This document shows, piece by piece, positions 7,504 to 16,280 of a DNA stretch of 34,757 bases. The first letter of the stretch is position 1. Every line of letters starts with the position of its first letter. Below the pieces are notes generated by a model that saw nothing but the letters and a program-made list of their open reading frames with translations, searched no databases and was not told the origin of the DNA. The position numbers and the translations under genes are program-made. The DNA is from a bacterium (lineage in GTDB: Bacteria; Planctomycetota; B15-G4; JADJEK01), in contig JAUIEL010000001.1 of assembly GCA_030428825.1 (NCBI GenBank), positions 1-34,757 of the forward strand, written 5' to 3'.

Positions 7504-10500
7504 TCAAGGGCCGACGACCACCTCCAGGCCGGGCGAGCCGACCAGGATCCCGCCGCCGACGGTCGAGAGGGCCTGGACGACGGCCCGCGTCCCGACGAGG
7601 CCGGCCGGGACGGGGGACGAGAAGGTCAGCTGGCCCGTCGCGTCGCTCGTCCCCGGCAGGCCGACGAACGGTCCCGCCACGTGGAGCCGCTCGCCGCCGG
7701 GGAGGAGGAGGTCCGTCGGCGCGGCGCCGACCAGGAGGAGGACCGGGCTCGAGGGCGGGAGGTCGGTCACGCCGAGCGCGAGGGTCTGCCCCGCCACCGG
7801 CGGCTGGACGGCCGCGAGGGTCGGCGCGGTCTCGCCGGCCGGCGCGAAGCCGGCCCCGAACGGCTCCGCCGCGTGGTCGCCGAACGCGGCGAGCGGCAGC
7901 GCGTGCAGCTCGTCGCCGTGGTCGGCGTCGTCGGCGACGAAGAAGACGGTCCCGCCGACCCGCACGAGGTCGTGCGGCGAGGCGTCGAGCGGTCCCGGAG
8001 CGATGTCGGCGACCAGCGTCGGGGCGGCCGCGGAGCCGTCGCTCACGAACAGCTCCCGCCCGAACTCCGCGTTCCACGCGCCGAACGCCATCTTCCCGCC
8101 CGACCCGGGCGCGGCGAAGACGGCGGGGTAGATCGGCTCGAGGTCGCCGTTCAGCCGCCACGTTCCGGCCGTCGTCCCGTCGGTCCGCCAGAAGTCCCAC
8201 TCGCCGCTCGTGTTCCCGGTGGCGAAGAAGGCGAGGTCGCCGGCCCGGTGCAGTCCGGAGATCGGGTCGTTCGGCCCGAGCGTCGCCAGCACCGTCACCC
8301 CCTCCGGCGAGGCGGCGTCGGTCACCAGGAGGCGGTGTCCGTTCGTGGAGTCGTGGACGTGGAGCAGGGCCTCGTCGTCCCCGAACGGCTCGACGTCGTA
8401 GAGCGTCGTCGTGACGCCGCCCTTCGTCAGGTCGGCGACGACCCGCGTCCCCGCCGCCGTCCCGTCCGTCGTGAAGAGCTCGAAGCCGAGCACGGGGTCG
8501 GTCGCCTGGAACCAGGCTCGCGTGTCGGTCGCGGCCCGGAACGCGTTGAAGATGCCGCTCTGGACTCCCGGCAGGATCTCCGTCAGGAGCGTCGGCGGGA
8601 CGGTCGGGTCGTCGGTGACGAACAGCTCGATCCCGGTGGCGGGGCTGCCGGCGATCAGGAGGAGGCGCCCGCCGACGACCTTCATGTCGACCGGCGAGAG
8701 CGGCGCGACCGTGTGGGTCCCCTCCGGAGTCCCGTCGGTCACGAACAGGCTGCCGAAGAACGTCGGGTCGAGGGCTCCGAACAGGAGACGGCCGCCGAAG
8801 ACGGCGCGCGGGGTCTCGCCCCAGACCGAGTCGCCGGGGCCGGTGAAGACGTCCAGGAGGAGGGCCGTCCCCTCGGGCGTCCCGTCGGTGACGTGCGGCT
8901 CGAACCCGAACGGGCCGGACGCGAAGAAGAAGAGGCGCTCTCCGAACGGCTCGAACGACCCGAAGGTGGTCGACTCCGGTCCCGGGCGGAACGAGATCAC
9001 GCGCTCCGTGCCGGCGGCCGTGCCGTCGGAGATCCAGAGCTCGCGTCCCTCGACCTCGTCGGCGGCGGTGAAGAAGAGGCGGTCGCCGACCCGCGTCAGC
9101 TGCTCCGGGTCGGAGGACGCGGTCAGGGCCCCGACGGCGAGGTCGGCCAGCAGGGTCGTCCCCGCCGTGGTGCCGTCGCTGATCCACGGTTCGGCGCCGT
9201 GGACCTCGTCCTCGCCGGAGAAGAGGAGGCGGTCCCCGAAGGCGGCGAGCGGACCGACCGCCGTGATCGTCGCTCCCGGGGAGACGTCCTTCACCAACGT
9301 CGTCCCCGCCGCGGTGCCGTCGGTCACCCAGACCGCGACCCCGTGCGCGCCGTCGTTCGCGAGGAAGTAGAGCTTCCCGCCCAGCGTGATCCCGCGGCTC
9401 GGGTTCGACGAGCCGGAGGACGGCGAGATGTTCGCCACGAGCTTCGTCCCGGCGGTCGTGCCGTCCGTCGACCAGAGCTCGCGCCCCTCGTTCCAGGTCA
9501 GCGCGCTGAAGAGGTAGCGGGTGCCGAGCGCGCCGACCGGCAGCGGCTCCGATCCGAAGACCGCGCCCGGGAAGACGTCGGCGACCGGGAACGTGCCGCT
9601 CGCGTTTCCGTCGGTCACCCAGAGCTCGCGGCCGATCGCGGGGTTCACGGCGGAGAAGTAGACGACGTCCCCGACCCGGAACAGGCCGGTCGGCGCCGAC
9701 CCGGCCCCGCCCGGCGCGATGTCCTTCAGGACGCTCGTCCCCGCCGCGGTCCCGTCGCTCCGCCAGAGCTCGGAGCCGAGGGCGGGATCGACGGCCCGGA
9801 ACAGCAGGACCCCGCCGGCGTCGGTCAGCTCCTCGAGCGGCTGGAACGCGCCGTGCGTGATCAGCTTCACGGCGGCGGTCCCGCCCCCGGTCCCGTCGCT
9901 CCGGACGAGCACGTGCCCCGACGACGGGATCGGCGCGCCGAAGTAGAGGAACCCGCCGGAGGCGCAGAGCTCGCCGCCGGCCACGCCGGCCGCGCCGGGG
10001 AGGAGGTCGATCACGAGCTGGGTGCCGGCGACCGTCCCGTCGGTCCTCCAGAGCTCGACGCCGTGCGTGCCGTCGTTCGCGAAGAAGTAGACCGCGCCGC
10101 CGAACGCGGTGAACTCGCTCGGGTTCGAGGTCGCCGGTCCCGGTCGGAGGTCGCCGAGGGAGAACGTCCCGGCCGCGGTCCCGTCGCTCCGCCACGGCTC
10201 ACCGCCGGCCTCGAAGACGACCACGCCGCTCGGCAGCGCCGTGAACCCGTTCGGCGACGACGACGTCGGGCCGGGGGAGATGTCCTTCACCAAGACGGTC
10301 CCGGCCTCCGATCCGTCGGTCGCCCAGAGTTCGGACCCGAAGACGTCGGTCGCCGCGAAGTAGGCGCGGCCGCCGGCCTCGGCGAAGCCGCTCGGGCTCG
10401 ACGAGGCGGTCTCCGCCGGGGGCGCGGTGTTGATGTCCTCGACGAGCGTCTGGCCGACGAGCGGCGCGGTGGCCGCCAGTCCGAGGGCGAGGGGGAGGGC

Positions 10501-10524
10501 GGAACGGAGCACGGTGGGTCGCAT
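7504..10524 (-). CDS. Secreted ELWxxDGT-repeat protein (about 17 repeats) with the shared C-terminal domain
   Basis: Signal peptide MRPTVLRSALPLALGLAATAPLVGQ. The unit of ~50-55 aa recurs: GSELWATDGSEAGTVLVKDISPG, GVELWRTDGTVAGTQLVIDLLPG, GSELWRSDGTAAGTSVLKDIAPG, GRELWVTDGNASGT, GRELWSTDGTTAGTKLVANISPS, GRELWISDGTAAGTERV, GFELFTTDGTAAGTRVVADL, GRELFVSDGSAAAPTLVADIAPG and others. This matches the pattern I recall for the ELWxxDGT repeat family. The last ~118 aa (nt 7507-7860) are the shared C-terminal domain. Confidence 0.85.
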   Translation of the reverse strand: MRPTVLRSALPLALGLAATAPLVGQTLVEDINTAPPAETASSSPSGFAEAGGRAYFAATDVFGSELWATDGSEAGTVLVKDISPGPTSSSPNGFTALPSGVVVFEAGGEPWRSDGTAAGTFSLGDLRPGPATSNPSEFTAFGGAVYFFANDGTHGVELWRTDGTVAGTQLVIDLLPGAAGVAGGELCASGGFLYFGAPIPSSGHVLVRSDGTGGGTAAVKLITHGAFQPLEELTDAGGVLLFRAVDPALGSELWRSDGTAAGTSVLKDIAPGGAGSAPTGLFRVGDVVYFSAVNPAIGRELWVTDGNASGTFPVADVFPGAVFGSEPLPVGALGTRYLFSALTWNEGRELWSTDGTTAGTKLVANISPSSGSSNPSRGITLGGKLYFLANDGAHGVAVWVTDGTAAGTTLVKDVSPGATITAVGPLAAFGDRLLFSGEDEVHGAEPWISDGTTAGTTLLADLAVGALTASSDPEQLTRVGDRLFFTAADEVEGRELWISDGTAAGTERVISFRPGPESTTFGSFEPFGERLFFFASGPFGFEPHVTDGTPEGTALLLDVFTGPGDSVWGETPRAVFGGRLLFGALDPTFFGSLFVTDGTPEGTHTVAPLSPVDMKVVGGRLLLIAGSPATGIELFVTDDPTVPPTLLTEILPGVQSGIFNAFRAATDTRAWFQATDPVLGFELFTTDGTAAGTRVVADLTKGGVTTTLYDVEPFGDDEALLHVHDSTNGHRLLVTDAASPEGVTVLATLGPNDPISGLHRAGDLAFFATGNTSGEWDFWRTDGTTAGTWRLNGDLEPIYPAVFAAPGSGGKMAFGAWNAEFGRELFVSDGSAAAPTLVADIAPGPLDASPHDLVRVGGTVFFVADDADHGDELHALPLAAFGDHAAEPFGAGFAPAGETAPTLAAVQPPVAGQTLALGVTDLPPSSPVLLLVGAAPTDLLLPGGERLHVAGPFVGLPGTSDATGQLTFSSPVPAGLVGTRAVVQALSTVGGGILVGSPGLEVVVGP
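7887..10407 (-). repeat. Coding tandem-repeat region: about 17 degenerate ELWxxDGT-type units of roughly 150-165 nt (approximate boundaries)
   Basis: The xxDG[TS]xxGT core recurs periodically through the 1006-aa protein (ELWATDGS, EPWRSDGT, ELWRTDGT, VLVRSDGT, ELWRSDGT, ELWVTDGN, ELWSTDGT, AVWVTDGT, EPWISDGT, ELWISDGT, EPHVTDGT, SLFVTDGT, ELFVTDDP, ELFTTDGT, RLLVTDAA, DFWRTDGT, ELFVSDGS). The units are diverged at the DNA level and are not identical repeats. Confidence 0.75.
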
Positions 10525-10651
10525 CGAAGGGGTCCTTTCGGCGGGACGCGGAGTCGCGCGGGCGGTGCGGTCTTCGGGCGGCGACAGCGGTGCGCGCGCC
10601 CCTCCGGAGAGACCCTCGGCGACGCGGCGCTTGCACCCCGTCCCCCGGGTC

Positions 10652-11713
10652 TCAGCCGCCGGCCCCCTTCGCGTCGTCCCGGAACGAGTCGACGTGGGCG
10701 GACCACGCCTTCTCCAGCGCCCGCGCGAGGCCGTCCTGGAGGATCAGGATCCCCGTCCCCGAGAGCCCCTCCTTGGTCAGTTCGTCGAGGAGCTCGTCGC
10801 GGAGCCGCTTCGCGCGCCGGTCGGTCAGCAGGACGTCGATCACGGCCTCGGCCCAGGCGTCGTTCGACACGGTCGACGAGAGCGGCTGCCCCTCCCACGA
10901 GTTCTCGTTCAGGCGGAGGAGCCGATCGAGCGGCGGGGTCCAGTCCGAACGCGCCGACCCGAGGTGCGCCACGATCGCGGCCCGGCCCGGCGAGGCCGCG
11001 CTCCGCCGCGCGAACGCCTCCTTCCCCGGCGCGTGGACGTCCCACGACCGGAACCACTCCGCGGTCCCCTGCTCGAACCAGGCGGCGACGTGCGGTCTCC
11101 CGACCATCCCGATCACCACGGCCTTCGCCGCCTCCGCGCGGATCGCCGGGAGGTTCAGGTCGGTGAACGCCGGGTCGTCGTTCTCCTCGACGTAGGTGTA
11201 GAGGTGATTGTCGAGGATCTTGATGCGGTGCCGGCTCCGCCCCTTCGGCTCGGGGATCGCCTCGTAGCTGAGGCTCGCCCCGGACCGCATCGGCGCCGCC
11301 TCCTGGAACGCGGCGCGCGACGCGAAGACCTTCAGCGTCGGGCACTCCGCGAACTGGCGCTTGGCGTCGAACCGCTCCAGCACCGACTCCTCGAACGCCT
11401 CGAGGTAGACCCCGAGCTCGGCCGCCAGGCGCGCGGATCCGTACGTGTCGACCTTCCAGTTCGTCTCGGAGAGGCGGAACCGGCCGTCCGCGCCCTCGAC
11501 GACCTCCCGCTCGAGCTTCCGGATCCGCCGCTCCTCCTTCTTGTCGAACGCCCACTCCCGGTCGAACGCGAACGGGGATCGCTCGAACGACGTCGCGTCG
11601 TCGGGGTCGGGCGCCTCCTCGTCCGCCGCGGCCGGCGGGGCGTCCGCCGGCGGGGGAGGGTCCTGGGCGGCGACGAGGGCGAGGAGGAGCGGCAGCGGGG
11701 AGGGGGACGACAT
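10652..11713 (-). CDS. Hypothetical secreted protein (no family recognised)
   Basis: The internal ATG at 11713 gives MSSPSPLPLLLALVAAQDPPPP, a plausible signal peptide. The 93 upstream codons of ORF 10652..11992 are Arg/Ser-rich and overlap the divergent RidA gene start region. The remainder has normal amino-acid composition (..WFEQGTAEWFRSW.. with no HExxH). Function unknown. Confidence 0.6.
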   Translation of the reverse strand: MSSPSPLPLLLALVAAQDPPPPADAPPAAADEEAPDPDDATSFERSPFAFDREWAFDKKEERRIRKLEREVVEGADGRFRLSETNWKVDTYGSARLAAELGVYLEAFEESVLERFDAKRQFAECPTLKVFASRAAFQEAAPMRSGASLSYEAIPEPKGRSRHRIKILDNHLYTYVEENDDPAFTDLNLPAIRAEAAKAVVIGMVGRPHVAAWFEQGTAEWFRSWDVHAPGKEAFARRSAASPGRAAIVAHLGSARSDWTPPLDRLLRLNENSWEGQPLSSTVSNDAWAEAVIDVLLTDRRAKRLRDELLDELTKEGLSGTGILILQDGLARALEKAWSAHVDSFRDDAKGAGG

Positions 11714-11822
11714 GGGGCGCCTCCGGGGGCGGCGGGAGGTCGATCGTACCGGTCGAACGTGCCCGGAGGCGATCGGCCGCCGCGCGGGCTGGTAGCCTTC
11801 CGGGACCTCCCGGAGAGACAAG

Positions 11823-12233
11823 ATGCCTCGACCGAACCGTCTCGCGCTCGCCGTCCCGCTCCTCCTCGCCGCCTGCGCCGCCCCGGCCCCGGAGTTCCTC
11901 GTCGACGAGGCGGCGCTCGGGCCGTACTCGAGCGGCGTGGTGGTCGGCGACCTCGTCCTCCTCTCGGGGAAGATCGGCGAGCGCGGCGGCACGTTCGAGC
12001 ACGAGGTCGAGACCTGCCTCGACGCCGTCGAGCGCGACCTCTCCCGCGCCGGCCTGTCGCTCGCCGAGGTGGTGGAGGCGCGCGTCTACCTCACCGACAT
12101 GGCGCGCTACGGCGACTTCAACGCGATCTACGGGCGCCGGTTCCGGAGCCCGTACCCGGCCCGGACGTGCGTCGCCGTCCTCGCCCTCCCCGGCGAGGCG
12201 CGCGTCGAGGTTCAGGTCGCGGCGCGCCGCTGA
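11823..12233 (+). CDS. RidA/YjgF/UK114 (endoribonuclease L-PSP) family protein with a lipoprotein-type signal peptide
   Basis: The core GPYSSGVVVGDLVLLSGKIG..EVETCLDAVERDLSRAGLSLAEVVEARVYLTDMARYGDFNAIYGRRF..PYPARTCVAVLALPGEARVEVQVAARR is typical of RidA. The N-terminus MPRPNRLALAVPLLLAACAAP contains a lipobox-like LAAC. A GGAGAGA RBS lies upstream. Confidence 0.85.
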   Translation: MPRPNRLALAVPLLLAACAAPAPEFLVDEAALGPYSSGVVVGDLVLLSGKIGERGGTFEHEVETCLDAVERDLSRAGLSLAEVVEARVYLTDMARYGDFNAIYGRRFRSPYPARTCVAVLALPGEARVEVQVAARR

Positions 12234-12290
12234 CGCTCGCTCCCCGACGTTCGGGTATCCTCACGGCCGTTCGCCGTGTCGGAGGCCCCG

Positions 12291-13391
12291 ATGAGACCCT
12301 CGCGCGCTCCTCTCGCCCTCCTCGCGTCCCTCGCGCTGCTCCCCGCGGCGTCGGCCGGCGACATGATCGGGGTGACGTGGGGCGGCACGGTCGTCGACGT
12401 CGACTCGACGACCGGGGCGGGGACGGTCGTCGGGGCGGCGGGTGTCGGTTCCCTGAACGCGATGGCCGTCACCTCGGCCGGCGTGATCTACGCGTCGACC
12501 GGCAACTTCTCCTGGAGTCTCGTCACGATCGACGGGACGAGCGGACTGGCGCAGCCGACGGGGATCACGGCGCCGGGGGACGTCCGCGGGATGGCGTTCG
12601 ACGTGAGCGACGCGCTGTACGTGGTCGTCGACGCCTCGCCGTCCGACGTGCTGCACCGGATCGACGTCCCGACCGGTATCTCGACGCCGGTCGGGAAGAC
12701 CGGCGTGACCGGCGTCCACTCGCTCGCCTTCGCGGGGGGCGTCCTCTACGCGTGGGACGGCGGCAGTCCGTCGTTCCCGGGGAAGGGGCTCGTTCGGCTC
12801 GACACGTCGAGCGGCGCCCACACCGACGTCGGTCCGGCCGGCGGGTCGCTGCTCGACATGCAGTTCCTGACCGCGGACGGAGCCGGGACGCTCTACGGCG
12901 GCCGGCACGACCTCCACACGATCGACGTCGGGACGGGGCTCGCGACCCCGATCGGTCCGATCGGCGTCCCCGACCTGCGCGGCTGCGACTTCCGGACCCC
13001 GTCGGCCTGCCCCGGCGGGTGGTCGCACTACGGGAGCGGCGTGGCGGGCGAGACCGGACTCCCGGAGCTGCGCCTCGTCGGTCCCCCGATCGCCGGCACC
13101 GCCCCCGCGCTCGACGTCGACAGCTCGTCGTCGGCCCCGCAGACCGCGATCCTGTTCGTCGGCGCGGCGCCGGCGCAGATCCCCGGCTTCTGGGGCGGTG
13201 ACCTCCTGGTGCAGCCGCTCGCGAGCCCGACCCTCCCGCTCTCGTCGGCCGGGTTCCTCCTCCCCCTGCCGATCCCGAACGACGCGAACCTCTGCCAGCT
13301 GAAGGTCGTGCTCCAACTCCTGCAGTCCGACCCGATCGCGCCGCTCGGCGTCGCGTCGTCGCGCGGGCTGGAGATCGTGATCGGACTCTGA
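12291..13391 (+). CDS. Small secreted repeat (propeller-like) protein with the shared C-terminal domain
   Basis: GGAGG at 12281-12285 lies 5 nt before ATG 12291 (preferred over GTG 12276). Signal peptide MRPSRAPLALLASLALLPAASAG. There are about 4.5 repeats of ~45 aa with the pattern L..ID..TG..T.VG....h.GhAF...G.LY. The last ~120 aa (nt 13029-13388) end in ..VLQLLQSDPIAPLGVASSRGLEIVIGL. Confidence 0.75.
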   Translation: MRPSRAPLALLASLALLPAASAGDMIGVTWGGTVVDVDSTTGAGTVVGAAGVGSLNAMAVTSAGVIYASTGNFSWSLVTIDGTSGLAQPTGITAPGDVRGMAFDVSDALYVVVDASPSDVLHRIDVPTGISTPVGKTGVTGVHSLAFAGGVLYAWDGGSPSFPGKGLVRLDTSSGAHTDVGPAGGSLLDMQFLTADGAGTLYGGRHDLHTIDVGTGLATPIGPIGVPDLRGCDFRTPSACPGGWSHYGSGVAGETGLPELRLVGPPIAGTAPALDVDSSSSAPQTAILFVGAAPAQIPGFWGGDLLVQPLASPTLPLSSAGFLLPLPIPNDANLCQLKVVLQLLQSDPIAPLGVASSRGLEIVIGL

Positions 13392-13403
13392 CCCGGCGCC
13401 CGG

Positions 13404-16280
13404 TCAACCGCCGGTCCGCTCCGCCTCCTCGGCGAGGATCTTCTCCAACTGCTCGAGGTCGGCGCGCGCGTGGCGGGTGTGCGCGCTCTCGGTCCCGAGC
13501 GTTCGCTCGAGCCCCCGCGCCGCGCGCCGCAGGTGCGGGAGACCGTCCGAGAACCGGCCGACGCTCGCCAGCGCCGAGCCGAACGTCTGCTCCAGCCGGA
13601 GGGTCGTCGGGTGCTCGGCGCCGTGGCGCGCCAGCGATTGCTCGACCGCGCGCTCCATGAGGCGGACCCCCTCGTCGATCTCTCCCGTCTGGAACCGCGT
13701 GAGCGCCAGGCTCTGCCGCAGGCCGATCAGCGCGTGGTCGTCCGGGCCGTCCTCGCGTTCGATCCGCGCGATCTCCTCCTCGTAGACGCGCGCCGCCTCC
13801 GCGTTCCTTCCCCGTCGCCGGAGCGCGCCGGCGAGCGTGGACCGGAGGTCGCGTGCGGCGAGGAGTTCGCGCCCCCGGCACCTCTCCAGCGCGTCGCGGC
13901 AGATCTCCTCCGCCTCGGCGGCGCCGTCGCGCGTCATCATCAGGAGCGTCGCGAGGAGGGAGCGGGCGGCGAGCGTCCCCGCGTCGTCCGGACCGCCGAT
14001 CCGTTCCCGACTGGCCGCCTCCTCCCGCGCGAACCGGAGGCCGTCCTCGATCCGACCGAGCGTCAGGTAGAGGACGGCGAGCCCGCGGCGCGAGTCGTTC
14101 GCGTCCGCGGAGTCCGCCCCGTACGCGGCCACGACGTGGTCGAGCGAGGCGAGGCGGAGCTCCTCCACCTTCGCCCAGTCGCGGCGGCGCGCGTGGGCGT
14201 CGAACAGGGCCTCGACCACCTGCCGCGTCCGCGGGTGGGCCGGGCCGTGCCGTTCGGTGACCAGGGCGCGCAGCCGCTCGAGCCGTTCGATCCCCTCGCC
14301 GATGCGGCCGGCCTCGACGAGTCGACCGGCGAACGACGCCTCGAGCCCGACGGTGATCGTGTGCGCCGGACCGTGCACCGCCGTCGCGATCCCGATCGCC
14401 TCCTCCAGATGCGCCCGCGCGGCCTCGGGGTTCCCGGCCCGGCGCTCGACGCCGCTCATCGCCCGATGGAGCGAGATCACGCCGGTCTCGTCGAGCGGGC
14501 TCGGGTCGGATCGTTCGTGGACGTCGAGGACGCGCCGGACCAGCCGGTCCCCCTCGCGCCGGTGCGTGCTCTCCGAGAGGACGAGGCCGTGCAGGAGCGC
14601 GAGCTCGAGGGTCGCCGGATGCTCGAAGCCGAGGTCGCGCTCGCTCTCCGCGAGGATCGCGCCGCAGACCTCCCGCGCCTCCTCCAGCCGTCCGCTGCCG
14701 ATCAGCGCCTTCACGTGGTCGCGGCCGAGCGACCGGACCTCGAGCGGATCGCGCTCCTCCCGATCGGCCCGCAGCGCCCACGCGCGCGCGAAGTGCGGCG
14801 CCGCCTCCTTCGGCCGCCCGAGCGCGAGGTACGCCGCGCCGAGCGTGTGCTGCAGGCGCCACTCGACCGTCGGGTGGCGGCCGACGTCCGCCTCGAGCCG
14901 CGAGGACGCCCGGCCGAGGACGTCGGTCACGAGCACCTCGCGCCCCAGGTCGTTCGCGTCGACGGCCGAGAAGAGTCCGGCCAGGAAGCGCGTGACGGCG
15001 TCCGACGCGTCGCGGGCGGCGACCGCGGCCCGGCGTTCGCCGTCGGCGACGTCGAGCGCCTCGAGGGCGCGGGCGCGTTCGGTGAGCGCCCAGACCAGGC
15101 CGACGGCGAGCGAGAGGAGCGCCGCGGCGGCGCCGGCGACGAGCGAGCGGTGTCGGCGGGCGAACGTCCGGAGGAGGTAGAGCGATCCGTCCCCGCGGGC
15201 GGCGATCGGCTCGTGGCGGAGGTGGCGGCGCACGTCGTCGGCGAACGCGGCGGCGGACGGGTAGCGGCGCTCCTTCTCCTTCGCGAGCGCCCGCTCGACG
15301 ATCACCTGGACGTCGCCGGAGAGCCCCTTCACCGCGCGCGTCAGCGGCGGGACCGGCTCCTCGAGGATCGCGCGCGCCGCCTCGGTGATCGGCTTCCCGA
15401 CGACGTCGTGGGGGAGCCGGCCGGCGAGGAGCTCGTAGGCGAGCACGCCGAGCGCGTAGACGTCGCAGCGGACGTCGATCGCGTCCGGGTCGCCGCGGAG
15501 CTGCTCGGGGCTCATGTACGGCAGCGTGCCGACGATCTGGCCGACCTGGGTCAGGAGCGTCGTCGAGCGGTCGTCGTCCTCGAGCCGCGCGACGCCGAAG
15601 TCGAGCACCTTCGGCCGACCCTCGGCGTCGACGAGGACGTTCGCCGGCTTCAGGTCGCGGTGGATCACGCCGCGCTGGTGCGCGTGGTGGACGGCGTCGG
15701 CGACCCGGGCGACCAGCGCCAGCGCCTCGCGCGGGCCGAGCGCGTGACGGCGGACGTGCTCGGTGATCGGCGGGCCCTCGATCCGTTCGAGCGCGAAGTA
15801 CGGCCGCGCCCCCCGCGCGGTCCGTTCGACGCCCGCCTCGTGGATCTGCGCGATGCCGGGGTGCCGGAGCCGCCCGAGCAGCCGCGCCTCCGCCTCGAAG
15901 CGACGGACGACCTGCCTCGAGGCGACGCCGGGGCGGAGGACCTTCAGCGCCACCTCGCGATCCGGGTTCTCCTGGCGCGCGAGGTAGACCCGGCCCATGC
16001 CCCCTTCGCCGAGGAGGCCGACGATCCGGTATCCCCCGATCGATTCCGGCCGCTCGTCGTCGACCGCCCCGGCCTCCTCGAGCAGCGCGCGGTCCCAGTC
16101 CGTGTCGACGACCGGGTCGTCGACGACCGCCGCGCCGGCGTCCCGGGCGAGCAGGTCGAGCACCTCTTCGCGCACCGCCGGGTCGTCGCCGCACTCCGCC
16201 TCGACCCACGCGCGACGCTCGTCCGCCGGGACGTCGAGCGCGCGGACGAACAGCTCGGAGACGCGGTCGTGCCGGCTCAC
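13404..16280 (-). CDS. Membrane Ser/Thr protein kinase with a large C-terminal TPR-like repeat region; partner of the upstream ECF sigma factor
   Basis: The GTG start at 16280 overlaps the sigma-factor stop (GTGA). The N-terminal helix SELFVRALDVPADERRAWVEAECGDDPAVREEVLDLLA is the type seen in sigma-linked kinases. Kinase motifs are GEGGMGRVYLA, VALKVL, HRDLKPANVLV, DFGVAR and GTLPYMSPEQ. There is one TM segment (LVAGAAAALLSLAVGLVWAL), followed by about 560 aa of TPR-like helical repeats (..LGAAYLALGRPKEAAPHFARA..). Confidence 0.88.
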   Translation of the reverse strand: MSRHDRVSELFVRALDVPADERRAWVEAECGDDPAVREEVLDLLARDAGAAVVDDPVVDTDWDRALLEEAGAVDDERPESIGGYRIVGLLGEGGMGRVYLARQENPDREVALKVLRPGVASRQVVRRFEAEARLLGRLRHPGIAQIHEAGVERTARGARPYFALERIEGPPITEHVRRHALGPREALALVARVADAVHHAHQRGVIHRDLKPANVLVDAEGRPKVLDFGVARLEDDDRSTTLLTQVGQIVGTLPYMSPEQLRGDPDAIDVRCDVYALGVLAYELLAGRLPHDVVGKPITEAARAILEEPVPPLTRAVKGLSGDVQVIVERALAKEKERRYPSAAAFADDVRRHLRHEPIAARGDGSLYLLRTFARRHRSLVAGAAAALLSLAVGLVWALTERARALEALDVADGERRAAVAARDASDAVTRFLAGLFSAVDANDLGREVLVTDVLGRASSRLEADVGRHPTVEWRLQHTLGAAYLALGRPKEAAPHFARAWALRADREERDPLEVRSLGRDHVKALIGSGRLEEAREVCGAILAESERDLGFEHPATLELALLHGLVLSESTHRREGDRLVRRVLDVHERSDPSPLDETGVISLHRAMSGVERRAGNPEAARAHLEEAIGIATAVHGPAHTITVGLEASFAGRLVEAGRIGEGIERLERLRALVTERHGPAHPRTRQVVEALFDAHARRRDWAKVEELRLASLDHVVAAYGADSADANDSRRGLAVLYLTLGRIEDGLRFAREEAASRERIGGPDDAGTLAARSLLATLLMMTRDGAAEAEEICRDALERCRGRELLAARDLRSTLAGALRRRGRNAEAARVYEEEIARIEREDGPDDHALIGLRQSLALTRFQTGEIDEGVRLMERAVEQSLARHGAEHPTTLRLEQTFGSALASVGRFSDGLPHLRRAARGLERTLGTESAHTRHARADLEQLEKILAEEAERTGG

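Noticed and set aside
7887-10407. Periodic DNA that could be mistaken for a tandem repeat or CRISPR-like array.
   Set aside because: The periodicity is at the protein level (diverged ELWxxDGT units in one continuous ORF). There are no identical direct repeats with unique spacers.
11714-11992. The upstream 93 codons of ORF 10652..11992.
   Set aside because: This part is Arg/Ser/Thr-rich and has no signal peptide. It would overlap the divergent RidA gene start. The internal ATG 11713 is followed immediately by a signal-peptide-like segment.
13389-13406. An 18-nt near-palindrome, TGACCCGGCGCCCGGTCA, spanning both convergent stop codons (12291..13391 and the kinase gene). It could be a bidirectional terminator.
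   Set aside because: It has two mismatches, only a 4-5-bp effective stem and no U-tract. I cannot distinguish it from chance in GC-rich sequence.
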